64,000 nucleotides of DNA, taken from an uncultured Bdellovibrionales bacterium (lineage in GTDB: Bacteria > Bdellovibrionota_C > UBA2361 > SZUA-149 > CALKYB01). Both the position numbers and the translations under genes were made by a program. The stretch spans positions 18,518 through 82,517 of the forward strand of contig CAZECN010000005.1 of the NCBI GenBank assembly GCA_964510575.1. The letters are read 5' to 3'. Below the pieces are notes generated by a model. The model saw nothing but the letters and a program-made list of their open reading frames with translations. It was not told the DNA's origin and did not search any database. The first letter of the stretch is position 1. Every line of letters begins with the position of its first letter. Positions 1 through 8,734 of this stretch are shown here, piece after piece.

Positions 1-935
1 ACTCCAGTCCTTTAGATTTACTTCAAGAGTTAGTTGCCCTTTATTCCGAGTTTAGAAGAGAGGGAAGAATAAGAGAAGGTCGGGTAATATGTGTTACTCA
101 TGCCAAAGGTGGTACTGGAGCTACTAGCCTGTGTGCCGCACTTGCCGAAGTTTGTAGCGTGCATCAAAGGCGAACCATGCTTTGGGACATGGATGTTGAA
201 ACTAGAGACCTATGCCGCTCTCTTACCGTTAATGGGGCAGAAGCTAAGGTAGTTAGTAGCTGGGTCAACGGTACACGAGATATTTCAAGAGATAGTATTT
301 GTGATGCATTAATCCCGGTAAGTCAGGATGTTTCAGTACTAATGCCTCCTGATAGTATGGCGGAGTCTATGGATTTTGTTTGCCACACTGATGGGATGGC
401 AATTTGTCAAAGACTGCTCGACCTCGCTAGAGCCATGCATGATGTTATCATAATTGATACTGGTGGTAGAATAGGACCTGCCACAGGAGCTCTGATGAGA
501 GTTGCCGATGAGGTTTTAATAGTTATTGATGATACAGTATTAGGTCTAACTGCTTTGGATCTATTCTTAAGTTATGCGAAAGCCTTGGTGGTAGGACCAG
601 ATAGAATTAGTTTTGTGGTTAATGGTTATAGCGGCTCTTTACTAGCAGTTCCTCAGATTGAAGCTGAATTAGAGCCAGTGCATCAGCTTGGTCCTAGACC
701 TTGGAGATTGCCTCCAGTGCCAGTTGATCCTAAAGCATCTCTTTGGCCAGGAAGTGGAAGGACTCTATATAGTATGGGCTCGAAAGGTACTCGAGCCGCT
801 CTTGAGGAAGTTGCCGCAGAGTTAGGGCTGATTTCAAGCGAAGGGTATGAAGTTTCTGGGGACAAAAAGAACTCCAGCTGGTGGGAGAGACTTATTCCTC
901 AAAAAGAGTCCGACGAAATGGGAGTCGAAGACTAG
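1..935 (+). CDS. cpaE: Tad pilus ParA/MinD-like ATPase TadZ/CpaE (5' end outside window)
   Basis: The frame of ORF 159..935 stays open back to position 3. The extra in-frame residues read ...GRVICVTHAKGGTGATSLCAALAEV, a deviant Walker A (KGGxGxT/S) of ParA/MinD-type TadZ/CpaE. IIIDTGGR and VLIVIDDT motifs follow. The gene is adjacent to flp/cpaB/cpaF. The ORF-track start at 159 (GTG) is internal. Confidence 0.75.
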   Translation, partial: SSPLDLLQELVALYSEFRREGRIREGRVICVTHAKGGTGATSLCAALAEVCSVHQRRTMLWDMDVETRDLCRSLTVNGAEAKVVSSWVNGTRDISRDSICDALIPVSQDVSVLMPPDSMAESMDFVCHTDGMAICQRLLDLARAMHDVIIIDTGGRIGPATGALMRVADEVLIVIDDTVLGLTALDLFLSYAKALVVGPDRISFVVNGYSGSLLAVPQIEAELEPVHQLGPRPWRLPPVPVDPKASLWPGSGRTLYSMGSKGTRAALEEVAAELGLISSEGYEVSGDKKNSSWWERLIPQKESDEMGVED

Positions 936-1073
936 AACTGCGTTTAGGGCTCTTGAATCCGATGTCTTATTGCCTAAAATTCTTAAAATCGCTGAAAGAT
1001 GAAAAAACTACATGATTTTAGTAGCGAAAGGTGTTTTTTAGGGTACATGTTACTGGTTTTAGAAAAGCCAAGT

Positions 1074-1089
1074 TGGCCCGGATTATGCA
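1074..1089 (+). promoter_or_regulatory. Possible sigma-54 (-24/-12) promoter upstream of flp
   Basis: TGGCCCGGATTATGCA has GG-N10-GC spacing identical to the TGGCAC-N5-TTGCA consensus, with two mismatches. It lies about 160 nt upstream of the flp ATG. No enhancer-binding protein gene is seen in the window. Confidence 0.25.
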
Positions 1090-1247
1090 TAGTAGTAAGT
1101 AGTTACTATTCCACTGGATTTTAACTGCTCCTCCAAGGAAGCTTGTAGATAGGTTTAAATTTTGGGGGTTTAACAACAATTTAGTTGTATGTATGTTTAA
1201 CAAGACCCTGAGAATAAAGGGTTTATTTTAGGAACGGGAGTTATAAA

Positions 1248-1433
1248 ATGGAAAAAGAAATGAATAACGTAGAAATTCAAAGAGAAGAAAATGAGAAAGG
1301 CGCTTCTATGCTTGAGTATTGCCTTCTTGCTGCATTGATTTCAGTTGTAGCTATTACTGCCATGACTTTTCTTGGTCAGGAAGTTTCGGAAACTTTTAGT
1401 AATGTCGCCAGTACTATCGACACTACAAACTAA
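1248..1433 (+). CDS. flp: Flp-family type IVb pilin precursor
   Basis: 61 aa. The leader ends ...NEKG followed by ASMLEYCLLAALISVVAITAM. This is the Flp motif: G/A cleavage site, Glu5-Tyr6 of the mature pilin, then a hydrophobic helix. A good GGAG-type RBS (gggag) is upstream. Confidence 0.85.
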   Translation: MEKEMNNVEIQREENEKGASMLEYCLLAALISVVAITAMTFLGQEVSETFSNVASTIDTTN

Positions 1434-1462
1434 TTATTTTTTAAATAATTTTGGAAAAATAG

Positions 1463-1490
1463 AAAAGGGAGATCTTATCTCCCTTTTTTT
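1463..1490 (+). terminator. Rho-independent terminator after flp
   Basis: AAAAGGGAGAT-CTT-ATCTCCCTTTT hairpin followed by a T-run (1484-1490). Confidence 0.7.
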
Positions 1491-1806
1491 ACGCCCTCAA
1501 CCCTATCCAACTCAAAATAAAAACATGCCTATATCTAGGGCAGTTTTATTAGTGATTTGCCTTACGTCTAAAATTCCTAATTTATCTCAATATTTTTTGA
1601 AGATTTGTCGACCCTTATCCTTGCATTGGCATCATAATGCTAGTGGATTATAAATTGTCATGGGCTTAATTTTAGTGATTGATAGCTCTTAACAGTTTTT
1701 AGTTCGCATGCTCAGCCCAGATTTTTACAGATTGGATCGAATGGATCCAGTTTGGTGCTGAGGATGTTTTTTAAGATTAACTTCTATCCCAGGGAGCTTA
1801 GGATAA

Positions 1807-2739
1807 ATGGCAACGCGATTTGGAGCATCTAGTCCGGCGCAAACATACGCTACCAAAGTAAGGTGGCTTGTTGGTTTTTTGATTGCGGTGATCACACTTT
1901 TATTTTTGACGTTATTTTACGTGGTGCAAGGTGGGGGCGGAGAGCAAACTGCATCCACTGAGCCAGGTGGTGAAGCTATTCAAGCTGCGAGTGGTGAGTT
2001 AAGTCCGACTACGAAAATCCTTTATGCAAACCAAAGAATTGAAGAGGGTGTGCAAATGACAGAAGCAATGTTCTCTGCTTGGGATGTGCCTTCCGATCGT
2101 ATTCCGGAGGGGGCGATGAAGGAAACTCAAAAAGCTGAAGTAGTAGGTAAATTTTCACAAGCTATAATCAGTGCGAATGTTCCTATTTTACGTGATAGCT
2201 TAGGCGAAGCTAAGAAAGGTGGGGTTATAAACATACCTGCCGGATACAGAGCGGTGACAATAAATATTAGTGCCCGAAGTGGTGTTTCTGGTTGGGCTAA
2301 GCCTAATTCAAGAGTTGATGTTCTTTGGGCTTACACAGACAAAAATAGTAGAGAGAAGAAAGTTTCTACTATTGTGAGATTCGCAAAGGTTCTGTCTGTA
2401 GGTGGAAATAACCAGTCAGGGGATAAAGCAGCGGTCAATCAACAAGGGACTACTGCAACTCTTTTGGTTACTAAACGCGAAGCCAAAAAGATTGAACTTG
2501 CTAGAACATTGGGAAGTCTAACTCTTTCACTAGTTGGACAACAGGAAGAAGTTGTCGGTGACGATGCTTCAAATGATGTGGTTGATATCTCTGACCTAAC
2601 GGGAATAGATGATTCGCAAGTTGGTGAGGCTGAAGAAGAGCCTAATGACGGTGTGATGTATTCAACGGATCCTCGTACTGGTAAAAAGACTCGCTACATT
2701 CTTAAGAATAACAGATGGGTTCCTGACAAGAGTTACTAG
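1807..2739 (+). CDS. cpaB: Flp pilus assembly protein CpaB/RcpC
   Basis: N-terminal TM helix, then a SAF-like segment (ILYANQRIEEGVQMTEAMF) and an RcpC/CpaB core (GYRAVTINISARSGVSGWAKPNSRVDVLW). Tad gene context. Confidence 0.8.
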   Translation: MATRFGASSPAQTYATKVRWLVGFLIAVITLLFLTLFYVVQGGGGEQTASTEPGGEAIQAASGELSPTTKILYANQRIEEGVQMTEAMFSAWDVPSDRIPEGAMKETQKAEVVGKFSQAIISANVPILRDSLGEAKKGGVINIPAGYRAVTINISARSGVSGWAKPNSRVDVLWAYTDKNSREKKVSTIVRFAKVLSVGGNNQSGDKAAVNQQGTTATLLVTKREAKKIELARTLGSLTLSLVGQQEEVVGDDASNDVVDISDLTGIDDSQVGEAEEEPNDGVMYSTDPRTGKKTRYILKNNRWVPDKSY

Positions 2740-2756
2740 GCTTTTCAGGAGAGCTG

Positions 2757-2775
2757 CCGGGTTCGCCCGGTTTTT
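2757..2775 (+). terminator. Short GC hairpin plus T5 between cpaB and cpaF (possible attenuator)
   Basis: CCGGG-TTCG-CCCGG followed by TTTTT, located inside the tad gene run. Confidence 0.5.
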
Positions 2776-2821
2776 AAATTTTGGTTTTGTTTATTGGATT
2801 TGATTAAAAGGGACTTTTAAA

Positions 2822-4351
2822 ATGTCAAAAAAAGGCGGCGGAAAGGATCAAGACACTTTAATCGACTTATTTTCCACTAGGTCTAGAGATGGCCAGGAAG
2901 AGGCTCCAGGTATCCCTGAGCAAACTTCCGACTCTAAGGCTAATATGTCACCTGAAGTGGTTGAGAAAGCGAATACTCCTCTTACGACGAAAGCTCCATC
3001 CAAGCGAGCTTCAGGTGGAAGTACTGAGGCTAAAAGTAAAGAGGCGCGGAAGGAAAACAAAAAGGTCAACCTTTCTCCTGTTGCGACAAAGGTGCTGAAA
3101 GAAACCCGTAGAGAACTCGGGAACTCTGGTGAAATTGATGTTGGAGAAGATATCTCTGAGACTCAGATTGCCGCAGCAGTTGATAAGGTTTGCGCTGACC
3201 AAGGGCTTGTCATTGATGATATTGTAAGAGCCGATATCATTGTTCACTTAAAGAGAGACTTGATGGGTTGGGGGGTTTTACAATCCCTGGTGGATAATCC
3301 GGAAGTTACAGATATCCATGTTTATGATTACCAAACAGTAGTTCTTCAACGTGGTAAGAAGAGTGAGACAACTGGTCTTCACTGGCCTTCGCATGAATCC
3401 TACACCACTTTTATTGACCGAGTATTGTTTCGCTTGGGAAAAAGTCTTTCAACTCAGCAGCATACGGTTGACGCGGCTTTTTCTGATGGGAAAAGACTTT
3501 GCGTAATTCATGAATCCGTCTGTGGATCTCGCGGACCATTCATGACAATGCGTGTTCCAAGAGTTCAAGATGCTACTTTGGAAAGTCTAGTTTCCTTTCA
3601 AGTGATGCCTCCTCTGATGGTTAACTACTTGGCAGCGATGGTCAGAAGTTGTGAGCATACTTTCATGGTCGCTGGTGAAACTGGAACTGGTAAGACTACT
3701 TTGATGAGATGTCTGGGGACCCAGTTCGGTCCTGATGAAAGTATCGTTGGGGTAGAGGATACACCTGAACTAAACTACCAGCACCCTTATTATAGAAGCC
3801 TAGTTTCCAGGACTGCCAACAACGAGGGAGTAGGTGAGGTTACTCTTCAGGAGCATATTAAGGCTACTCTTCGTATGTGTCCTACTAGAGTAATTCTGGG
3901 AGAGATGAGAACTCCAGAAGCAGCCGAGTCTTTTTTAGAGGCTGCTCAGACAGGTCACTCAGGAATGTCTACTGTACATGCTAGAAACGCTAGGGAAACT
4001 CTTACCAGACTAGAGAGTTTGCTGGGTCGTGCTCAGAGAGGTGTTTCGATGGATATTATTCGACAGCAGATTGCCTTGGCAGTTGATGTTTGTATTTGGA
4101 ATGTCAGGGAGAAGGTTTCGGGGCGAGTAAGGTGTGGTGAGATTATTGAAGTTGGTCATTTTGTAGAGGGTAGTATTCAGATCAGACCGATGTTTAAGCT
4201 TGTTCAGGAAGGAGAAAATCCAGTTTGGGAGGTTCAATCCTGGTCAAGTAACTACGAAGAAGTTTTAGAGAAAAATGGCATTGTTCTTGGTGATGCGCCA
4301 CAGTTCCTTTCTTTCGGAAATATGGGCGGTGAAGCATCCGGCCGAGGATAG
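2822..4351 (+). CDS. cpaF: Tad secretion ATPase CpaF/TadA (VirB11/GspE superfamily)
   Basis: Walker A VAGETGTGKTT, Asp box, LGEMRTPEAA, His box QTGHSGMSTVHA. There is a disordered Lys/Glu/Ser-rich N-terminal extension of about 100 aa. Confidence 0.9.
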   Translation: MSKKGGGKDQDTLIDLFSTRSRDGQEEAPGIPEQTSDSKANMSPEVVEKANTPLTTKAPSKRASGGSTEAKSKEARKENKKVNLSPVATKVLKETRRELGNSGEIDVGEDISETQIAAAVDKVCADQGLVIDDIVRADIIVHLKRDLMGWGVLQSLVDNPEVTDIHVYDYQTVVLQRGKKSETTGLHWPSHESYTTFIDRVLFRLGKSLSTQQHTVDAAFSDGKRLCVIHESVCGSRGPFMTMRVPRVQDATLESLVSFQVMPPLMVNYLAAMVRSCEHTFMVAGETGTGKTTLMRCLGTQFGPDESIVGVEDTPELNYQHPYYRSLVSRTANNEGVGEVTLQEHIKATLRMCPTRVILGEMRTPEAAESFLEAAQTGHSGMSTVHARNARETLTRLESLLGRAQRGVSMDIIRQQIALAVDVCIWNVREKVSGRVRCGEIIEVGHFVEGSIQIRPMFKLVQEGENPVWEVQSWSSNYEEVLEKNGIVLGDAPQFLSFGNMGGEASGRG

Positions 4352-4379
4352 AGACTGTTTTTAACACAAGGTTGATCGC

Positions 4380-5399
4380 ATGAGTATTGAAACTATCATT
4401 ATTGCCCTGCTGGTTTTACTTTTAATCATAGTAGCTGTGGTAGTTGTAATTTATACCTCCCGTCAGAGAGGTTCAGCTAGTGCTGTCAGTCACGCTAAAG
4501 TTAGCTCTAACCTTAGAGCCTTGGTTACTGCACAAAGGGCGGAAGCGACTAACTTTGGTCAGGGCGTCCCTAGTGGAGGTTCCACTAAAGATAGCCTTGC
4601 TTTAGCAGCAGCTGAAGAAGCGGAAGGGGATGAAAATCAACGAAAAGCTTCCGATAAGGAAAGCTTAGAGAAACGGTTAGTTTATGCTAACTGGCCAATT
4701 ACTCCATTTCAATTTAGAGCTATTCAAGTGGTAGCGACAATTTTGTTGTTTATTGCGGCACGTGCAATTTTTGGTTTTTGGATCCAAGCTCTAGCTATAT
4801 TGCTAACCCCTCTCATTGTTGGAGCAGTGTTAGACTACTTTGTGAAGAAGCGTTTTAAGGCTTTTGATGAAGATTATCCGGTAATGCTTCTTTCCTACGT
4901 TGGTCTTCTTAAAACTGGTATGAGCACAATCGTAGGCCTGGAGGCAGCAGGAAAGGGACTAGAGGAAGGTTCTTTGGTACGTGGTGAGATTGAGCTTTTG
5001 ATTGAACGACTAAGAGTTGGGATGACTGAGGATCAGGCGATTAACGCGTTCGGAGAAGATATTCCTCATCCAGAGTTAGAGCTTTTCGTACAAAGTCTTA
5101 TTTTGAGTAGAAGGGTTGGTGGAACACTTAGCGAAACTCTTGAAAGGTTGGCAAAGCAAGTTAGAAAAAGGCAGCAGTTCCGTTCCCAAGCTGTTGCTGC
5201 GGTTGGTATGGAGCGTTCCTCGCTTTGGGCAATTGCAGGTATCATGTCATTGTTGCTTGGTTATTTGATGTTGTCATCTCCAGAGTTAATTACTCCAGCA
5301 TTTAAGGACGATTTTGGTCGATCTATATTTGAAGCAGGTTTGTTCCTGATTATCGTTGGCATGTATTGGTCACGCCGGGTTACTGACATAAAGGTTTAG
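4380..5399 (+). CDS. tadB: Tad inner-membrane platform protein TadB (T2SSF domain)
   Basis: Polytopic protein with a cytoplasmic T2SSF-like helical domain (YPVMLLSYVGLLKTGMS...ETLERLAKQVRKRQQFR). Directly after cpaF. Confidence 0.8.
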   Translation: MSIETIIIALLVLLLIIVAVVVVIYTSRQRGSASAVSHAKVSSNLRALVTAQRAEATNFGQGVPSGGSTKDSLALAAAEEAEGDENQRKASDKESLEKRLVYANWPITPFQFRAIQVVATILLFIAARAIFGFWIQALAILLTPLIVGAVLDYFVKKRFKAFDEDYPVMLLSYVGLLKTGMSTIVGLEAAGKGLEEGSLVRGEIELLIERLRVGMTEDQAINAFGEDIPHPELELFVQSLILSRRVGGTLSETLERLAKQVRKRQQFRSQAVAAVGMERSSLWAIAGIMSLLLGYLMLSSPELITPAFKDDFGRSIFEAGLFLIIVGMYWSRRVTDIKV

Positions 5400-5400
5400 A

Positions 5401-6324
5401 ATGGACGCTAATCTAATAATATTTCTCGTCATAGGTATTTCAGTTATTGGAGTAGGTGTTTTTGCCTTCGTTTTTATTGGAGGTGATACCAATGCTCAGA
5501 AGGCTGGAATAAGAGATTTGATGGGAGGTATCGATCCAGATGCACTTTCTGCGGTTGGTGAAGATGCTGTTGATCCTTTCGATTTAGAGAGAATAAAGCA
5601 GAATACTGGTAGAGCAAAATCGGTAAAAAAGAAGGAAGACCTGCAGGCTAAGATGTTTAAGGCAGGGATTTTTTCTGCGAAAGAGCGGAAGAGGTTTAAT
5701 ACCATGCGAATGGTATGCCTGGTTCTATTTCCTATTGTAATTCCGCTTCTAATTTGGCTTGTTGTTCCTAAGCTGCAGCTAGTTATTATGGGTCTAGTTA
5801 TGGGTGTATTTGCCGGTCTGGTATACCCAACAGTGAAACTTGATAAGAAAATTGAAGCGAGGCAGGAAGATACTCTTTATTACTTGCCACTAGTAATTGA
5901 GCAAGTGTCGATCGGTGTTAGTAGTGCTCTGGATATTGGACCATGTATCGCTAACATTGTTAGCATGGCTAACGAAAGAGACTCTCACAATGCTGTCACT
6001 GAGATGCTGATCCATGTAGAAAAACTAATGCGTTCTGGACTTAATCTTGAGGATGCGCTTGTTGAAGTTGGAGAAGCCAGTGGTATGGGAGAAGTTAAGC
6101 ATGCCTTTATGTTTCTTGCCCAGTGCGCGAAGCATGGTGGAGAGATATCAAGACAGCTGCAAGAACTTGCTGATTCAGTGATGGTTCAGAGGCAGACCCA
6201 GGTTGAAGCTAAAATTACTGCTTTGCCAGTAAAAGCGACTGGACCTCTAGCGATGGTATTTGCTGGTTTCTTTGCGCTTCTTTTTGCAGGCCTTTTCGTC
6301 CGTCTGATGGGAGCTTTTGGCTAG
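5401..6324 (+). CDS. tadC: Tad inner-membrane platform protein TadC (T2SSF domain)
   Basis: Second T2SSF-type protein (LPLVIEQVSIGVSSALDIG...ELADSVMVQRQTQVEAK). It starts 1 nt after the tadB stop. Confidence 0.8.
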   Translation: MDANLIIFLVIGISVIGVGVFAFVFIGGDTNAQKAGIRDLMGGIDPDALSAVGEDAVDPFDLERIKQNTGRAKSVKKKEDLQAKMFKAGIFSAKERKRFNTMRMVCLVLFPIVIPLLIWLVVPKLQLVIMGLVMGVFAGLVYPTVKLDKKIEARQEDTLYYLPLVIEQVSIGVSSALDIGPCIANIVSMANERDSHNAVTEMLIHVEKLMRSGLNLEDALVEVGEASGMGEVKHAFMFLAQCAKHGGEISRQLQELADSVMVQRQTQVEAKITALPVKATGPLAMVFAGFFALLFAGLFVRLMGAFG

Positions 6325-6475
6325 GAGTAATTAACGCAGTAGGGTAGTTTTATAGAAATTTATCTATCTAATTGTCACGTAGAGCCCTATACTGCTTGGA
6401 GAGTCTTGTTACTAAAGTAATAGGTTGAACTGGGTGCGTAATATATCACCGCTATAAGATTGATTGGATAAATAG

Positions 6476-8680
6476 ATGGGCGGTTTGTCAAAAATATTTT
6501 CACCAGTATTAGCAACCTTTGACAGGCTAGGGCGTTCGGGATTTTTTGTTTCACTGCTTCTTCTTGTAGTAATTTCACTTTTTTTAGTTCCACTTCCACC
6601 AATCCTTCTTGACTTACTCCTAGTTCTCAATATCGTGGTTGCCCTAGTTTTGTTGTTGCGTAGTCTCTATATGAGTGAGCCCTCTGCCCTCTACGCTTTT
6701 CCCACCATACTTTTGATGACAACTCTTTTTAGACTGGCTCTTAATGTCAGTTCTACAAGGCTTATTCTGTTGGGAGGCAAGGACAGTCTTGGAGCCGCAG
6801 GTAGCGTAATTGAATCATTCGGTACTTTTGTTGTTAAGGGAAATTTCGGAGTTGGTGCGATTATCTTTGCCGTGATTGCGGTTGTGAATTTTGTAGTAAT
6901 TGCAAAAGGTTCCGCAAGGGTCGCTGAGGTGTCAGCAAGATTTGCCTTGGATTCATTGCCTGGACGTCAATTAGCAATAGACTCTGATTTAAGAGCTGAG
7001 ACAATTACTCGAGAACAGGCAGAGTTTCGACGAGAAGAACTGCGCAGAGAGTCTCAGTTTTTCGGATCTATGGATGGTGCGATGAAGTTTGTGCAAGGTG
7101 ATGCCATTGCAGGCTTTGTCATAACTTTTATCAACTTGATTGGTGGTGTTGCTATAGGAATTAGTGCCGGAATGGAGTTTCCCGAAGCCATTAATACCTT
7201 TGGTTTGCTGACTATTGGGGATGGTTTAGTTGGCATTATTCCTTCTCTACTAATATCGGTTTGTGCCGGAATCATAGTAACCCATGTGGGAGGATCTGAT
7301 AACCAATCGAGCGGGAGTCAGGTTTTTCAGCAGTTGTTAGGAGACCCGGGAGCCTTAGTAATGGCAGGTTTGGTGCTAATACTACTAGGTATTATTCCAG
7401 GATTTCCTTTTATTCCGTTTTTCGGGGTGGGCTTGTCAGTGCTTCTTTTAGGTTCAATGGCTTGGGGATTTTTAGGAGGAGGTTCTCGCAACTCTCCAGT
7501 GAAAGTTAGATTAAATAATCTTCAAACTCCTACTGCGCAGCTGGGTAGTGGTTTTGGAACTGGATTGCCTGCGATGCCAAGTCAAAGTATGGCCCCTTCG
7601 TTGGAATACTTTAGGCTTAAGCCTCTCGTTGTTGAAATGTCTTCGAATAACTTGAGTGGGGCGGGTAAGTTTTTAGAGGAAGATTTTACTAGGTATTTTA
7701 ACCTGCTTCGTGACCGAGTTTATAAAACTAAAGGACTTCTTGTGCCTGAGGTTTCTTTTTTGGAAGGTTCAACTCTTGGCGAGGGTGATTTTTCTCTTGT
7801 CGTGAGGGAAAGGAATATAAAAAATATTACCTTGAACGAAAACCATCATTTCGTTTCACTCAGTCCCGGACAGTTAGGAACTTTGGGAATTCCGGCTACC
7901 AATCATCAAACTCATCCTTTAACTTGTTCTGGAAGTTCATGGATTGAATCGAGTGATGTTACCGAGGCTACTCTACAGAGATTGGGGGTGGAACTTATCA
8001 ACCCATCTCAGTACCTGGCCTTAGAAGTTATTGGGGCCGCCATTTCTAATATCGATTCTATATTTGGTTTATCTGAAGTGTCTCGACTTGTAGAAATTAG
8101 TAAAGCTACCGATGCGAGATTAGTAGCTGAGGTATTCGATGGAGAGGTCGTGTCTGTAGCTGAATTCTCTGACTTACTTCGAAAACTTGCCCGAGAAAAT
8201 TTGTCGGTGAGAGATATTAAGCAAATTATGGAAGGAGTCTTGGAGTATCACTCCAGAACTCCGGAGACTGAGGATAGACAGGATTGGCTTTCTGGGCTTC
8301 ATGAGCACCTTCGCTTGATCTTGGTAGGCTCTTTGGTTGGTGAGATGAACGGAGAAAGTGACTTTTTTGCTTTTGGTTTATCTGCTGAAGTTGAAGATGA
8401 GTTTCGCTCTGCTGTATCTATGTGGGATTCTCCTCGTTCAAGGTTGCCTTTAGATCCAGATATTTCTAGGGGGATTAAGCGATCTTCCAGTCTACTTTTT
8501 GCTCCAGTTTTAGAGAGAGGGGCTTCGCCAGTGGTAGTACTTTGCCCTGGAGAAATTAGACTTGCCGTTCAAGAATATTTTGTTTCTCAGTATGATTCTT
8601 CAGTTTGGTTTAGAACCGTAGCACATGAAGAACTTGATGAAAGATTTAACGCTCAACTAGTAGGAGTAATTAATGCCTGA
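6476..8680 (+). CDS. sctV: Type III secretion export gate protein SctV (FlhA/FHIPEP family)
   Basis: 734 aa. Hallmark FHIPEP motifs: FPTILLMTTLFRLALNVSSTRLIL, KGSARVAEVSARFALDSLPGRQLAIDSDL, FFGSMDGAMKFVQGDAIAG. Followed by a linker and a cytoplasmic C-terminal domain. Confidence 0.9.
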   Translation: MGGLSKIFSPVLATFDRLGRSGFFVSLLLLVVISLFLVPLPPILLDLLLVLNIVVALVLLLRSLYMSEPSALYAFPTILLMTTLFRLALNVSSTRLILLGGKDSLGAAGSVIESFGTFVVKGNFGVGAIIFAVIAVVNFVVIAKGSARVAEVSARFALDSLPGRQLAIDSDLRAETITREQAEFRREELRRESQFFGSMDGAMKFVQGDAIAGFVITFINLIGGVAIGISAGMEFPEAINTFGLLTIGDGLVGIIPSLLISVCAGIIVTHVGGSDNQSSGSQVFQQLLGDPGALVMAGLVLILLGIIPGFPFIPFFGVGLSVLLLGSMAWGFLGGGSRNSPVKVRLNNLQTPTAQLGSGFGTGLPAMPSQSMAPSLEYFRLKPLVVEMSSNNLSGAGKFLEEDFTRYFNLLRDRVYKTKGLLVPEVSFLEGSTLGEGDFSLVVRERNIKNITLNENHHFVSLSPGQLGTLGIPATNHQTHPLTCSGSSWIESSDVTEATLQRLGVELINPSQYLALEVIGAAISNIDSIFGLSEVSRLVEISKATDARLVAEVFDGEVVSVAEFSDLLRKLARENLSVRDIKQIMEGVLEYHSRTPETEDRQDWLSGLHEHLRLILVGSLVGEMNGESDFFAFGLSAEVEDEFRSAVSMWDSPRSRLPLDPDISRGIKRSSSLLFAPVLERGASPVVVLCPGEIRLAVQEYFVSQYDSSVWFRTVAHEELDERFNAQLVGVINA

Positions 8681-8734
8681 TTTTAGGGTGTTTTTTTAAA
8701 ATTTAAAAACAAATGAAATGGTAAAATTTCTGAA

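Noticed and set aside
1627-1640. Second sigma-54-like element TGGCAT-N5-TGC upstream of cpaB
   Set aside because: The GG-to-GC spacing is 9 nt instead of 10, so it does not fit the -24/-12 geometry.
1372-1653. 93-aa ORF overlapping the end of flp
   Set aside because: It runs across the flp terminator hairpin, has no RBS and has an AT-rich low-complexity product.
6387-6630. Two minus-strand ORFs (71 and 72 aa) at the sctV start
   Set aside because: They overlap the sctV 5' end and its upstream region, are mutually overlapping, and have no recognisable features.
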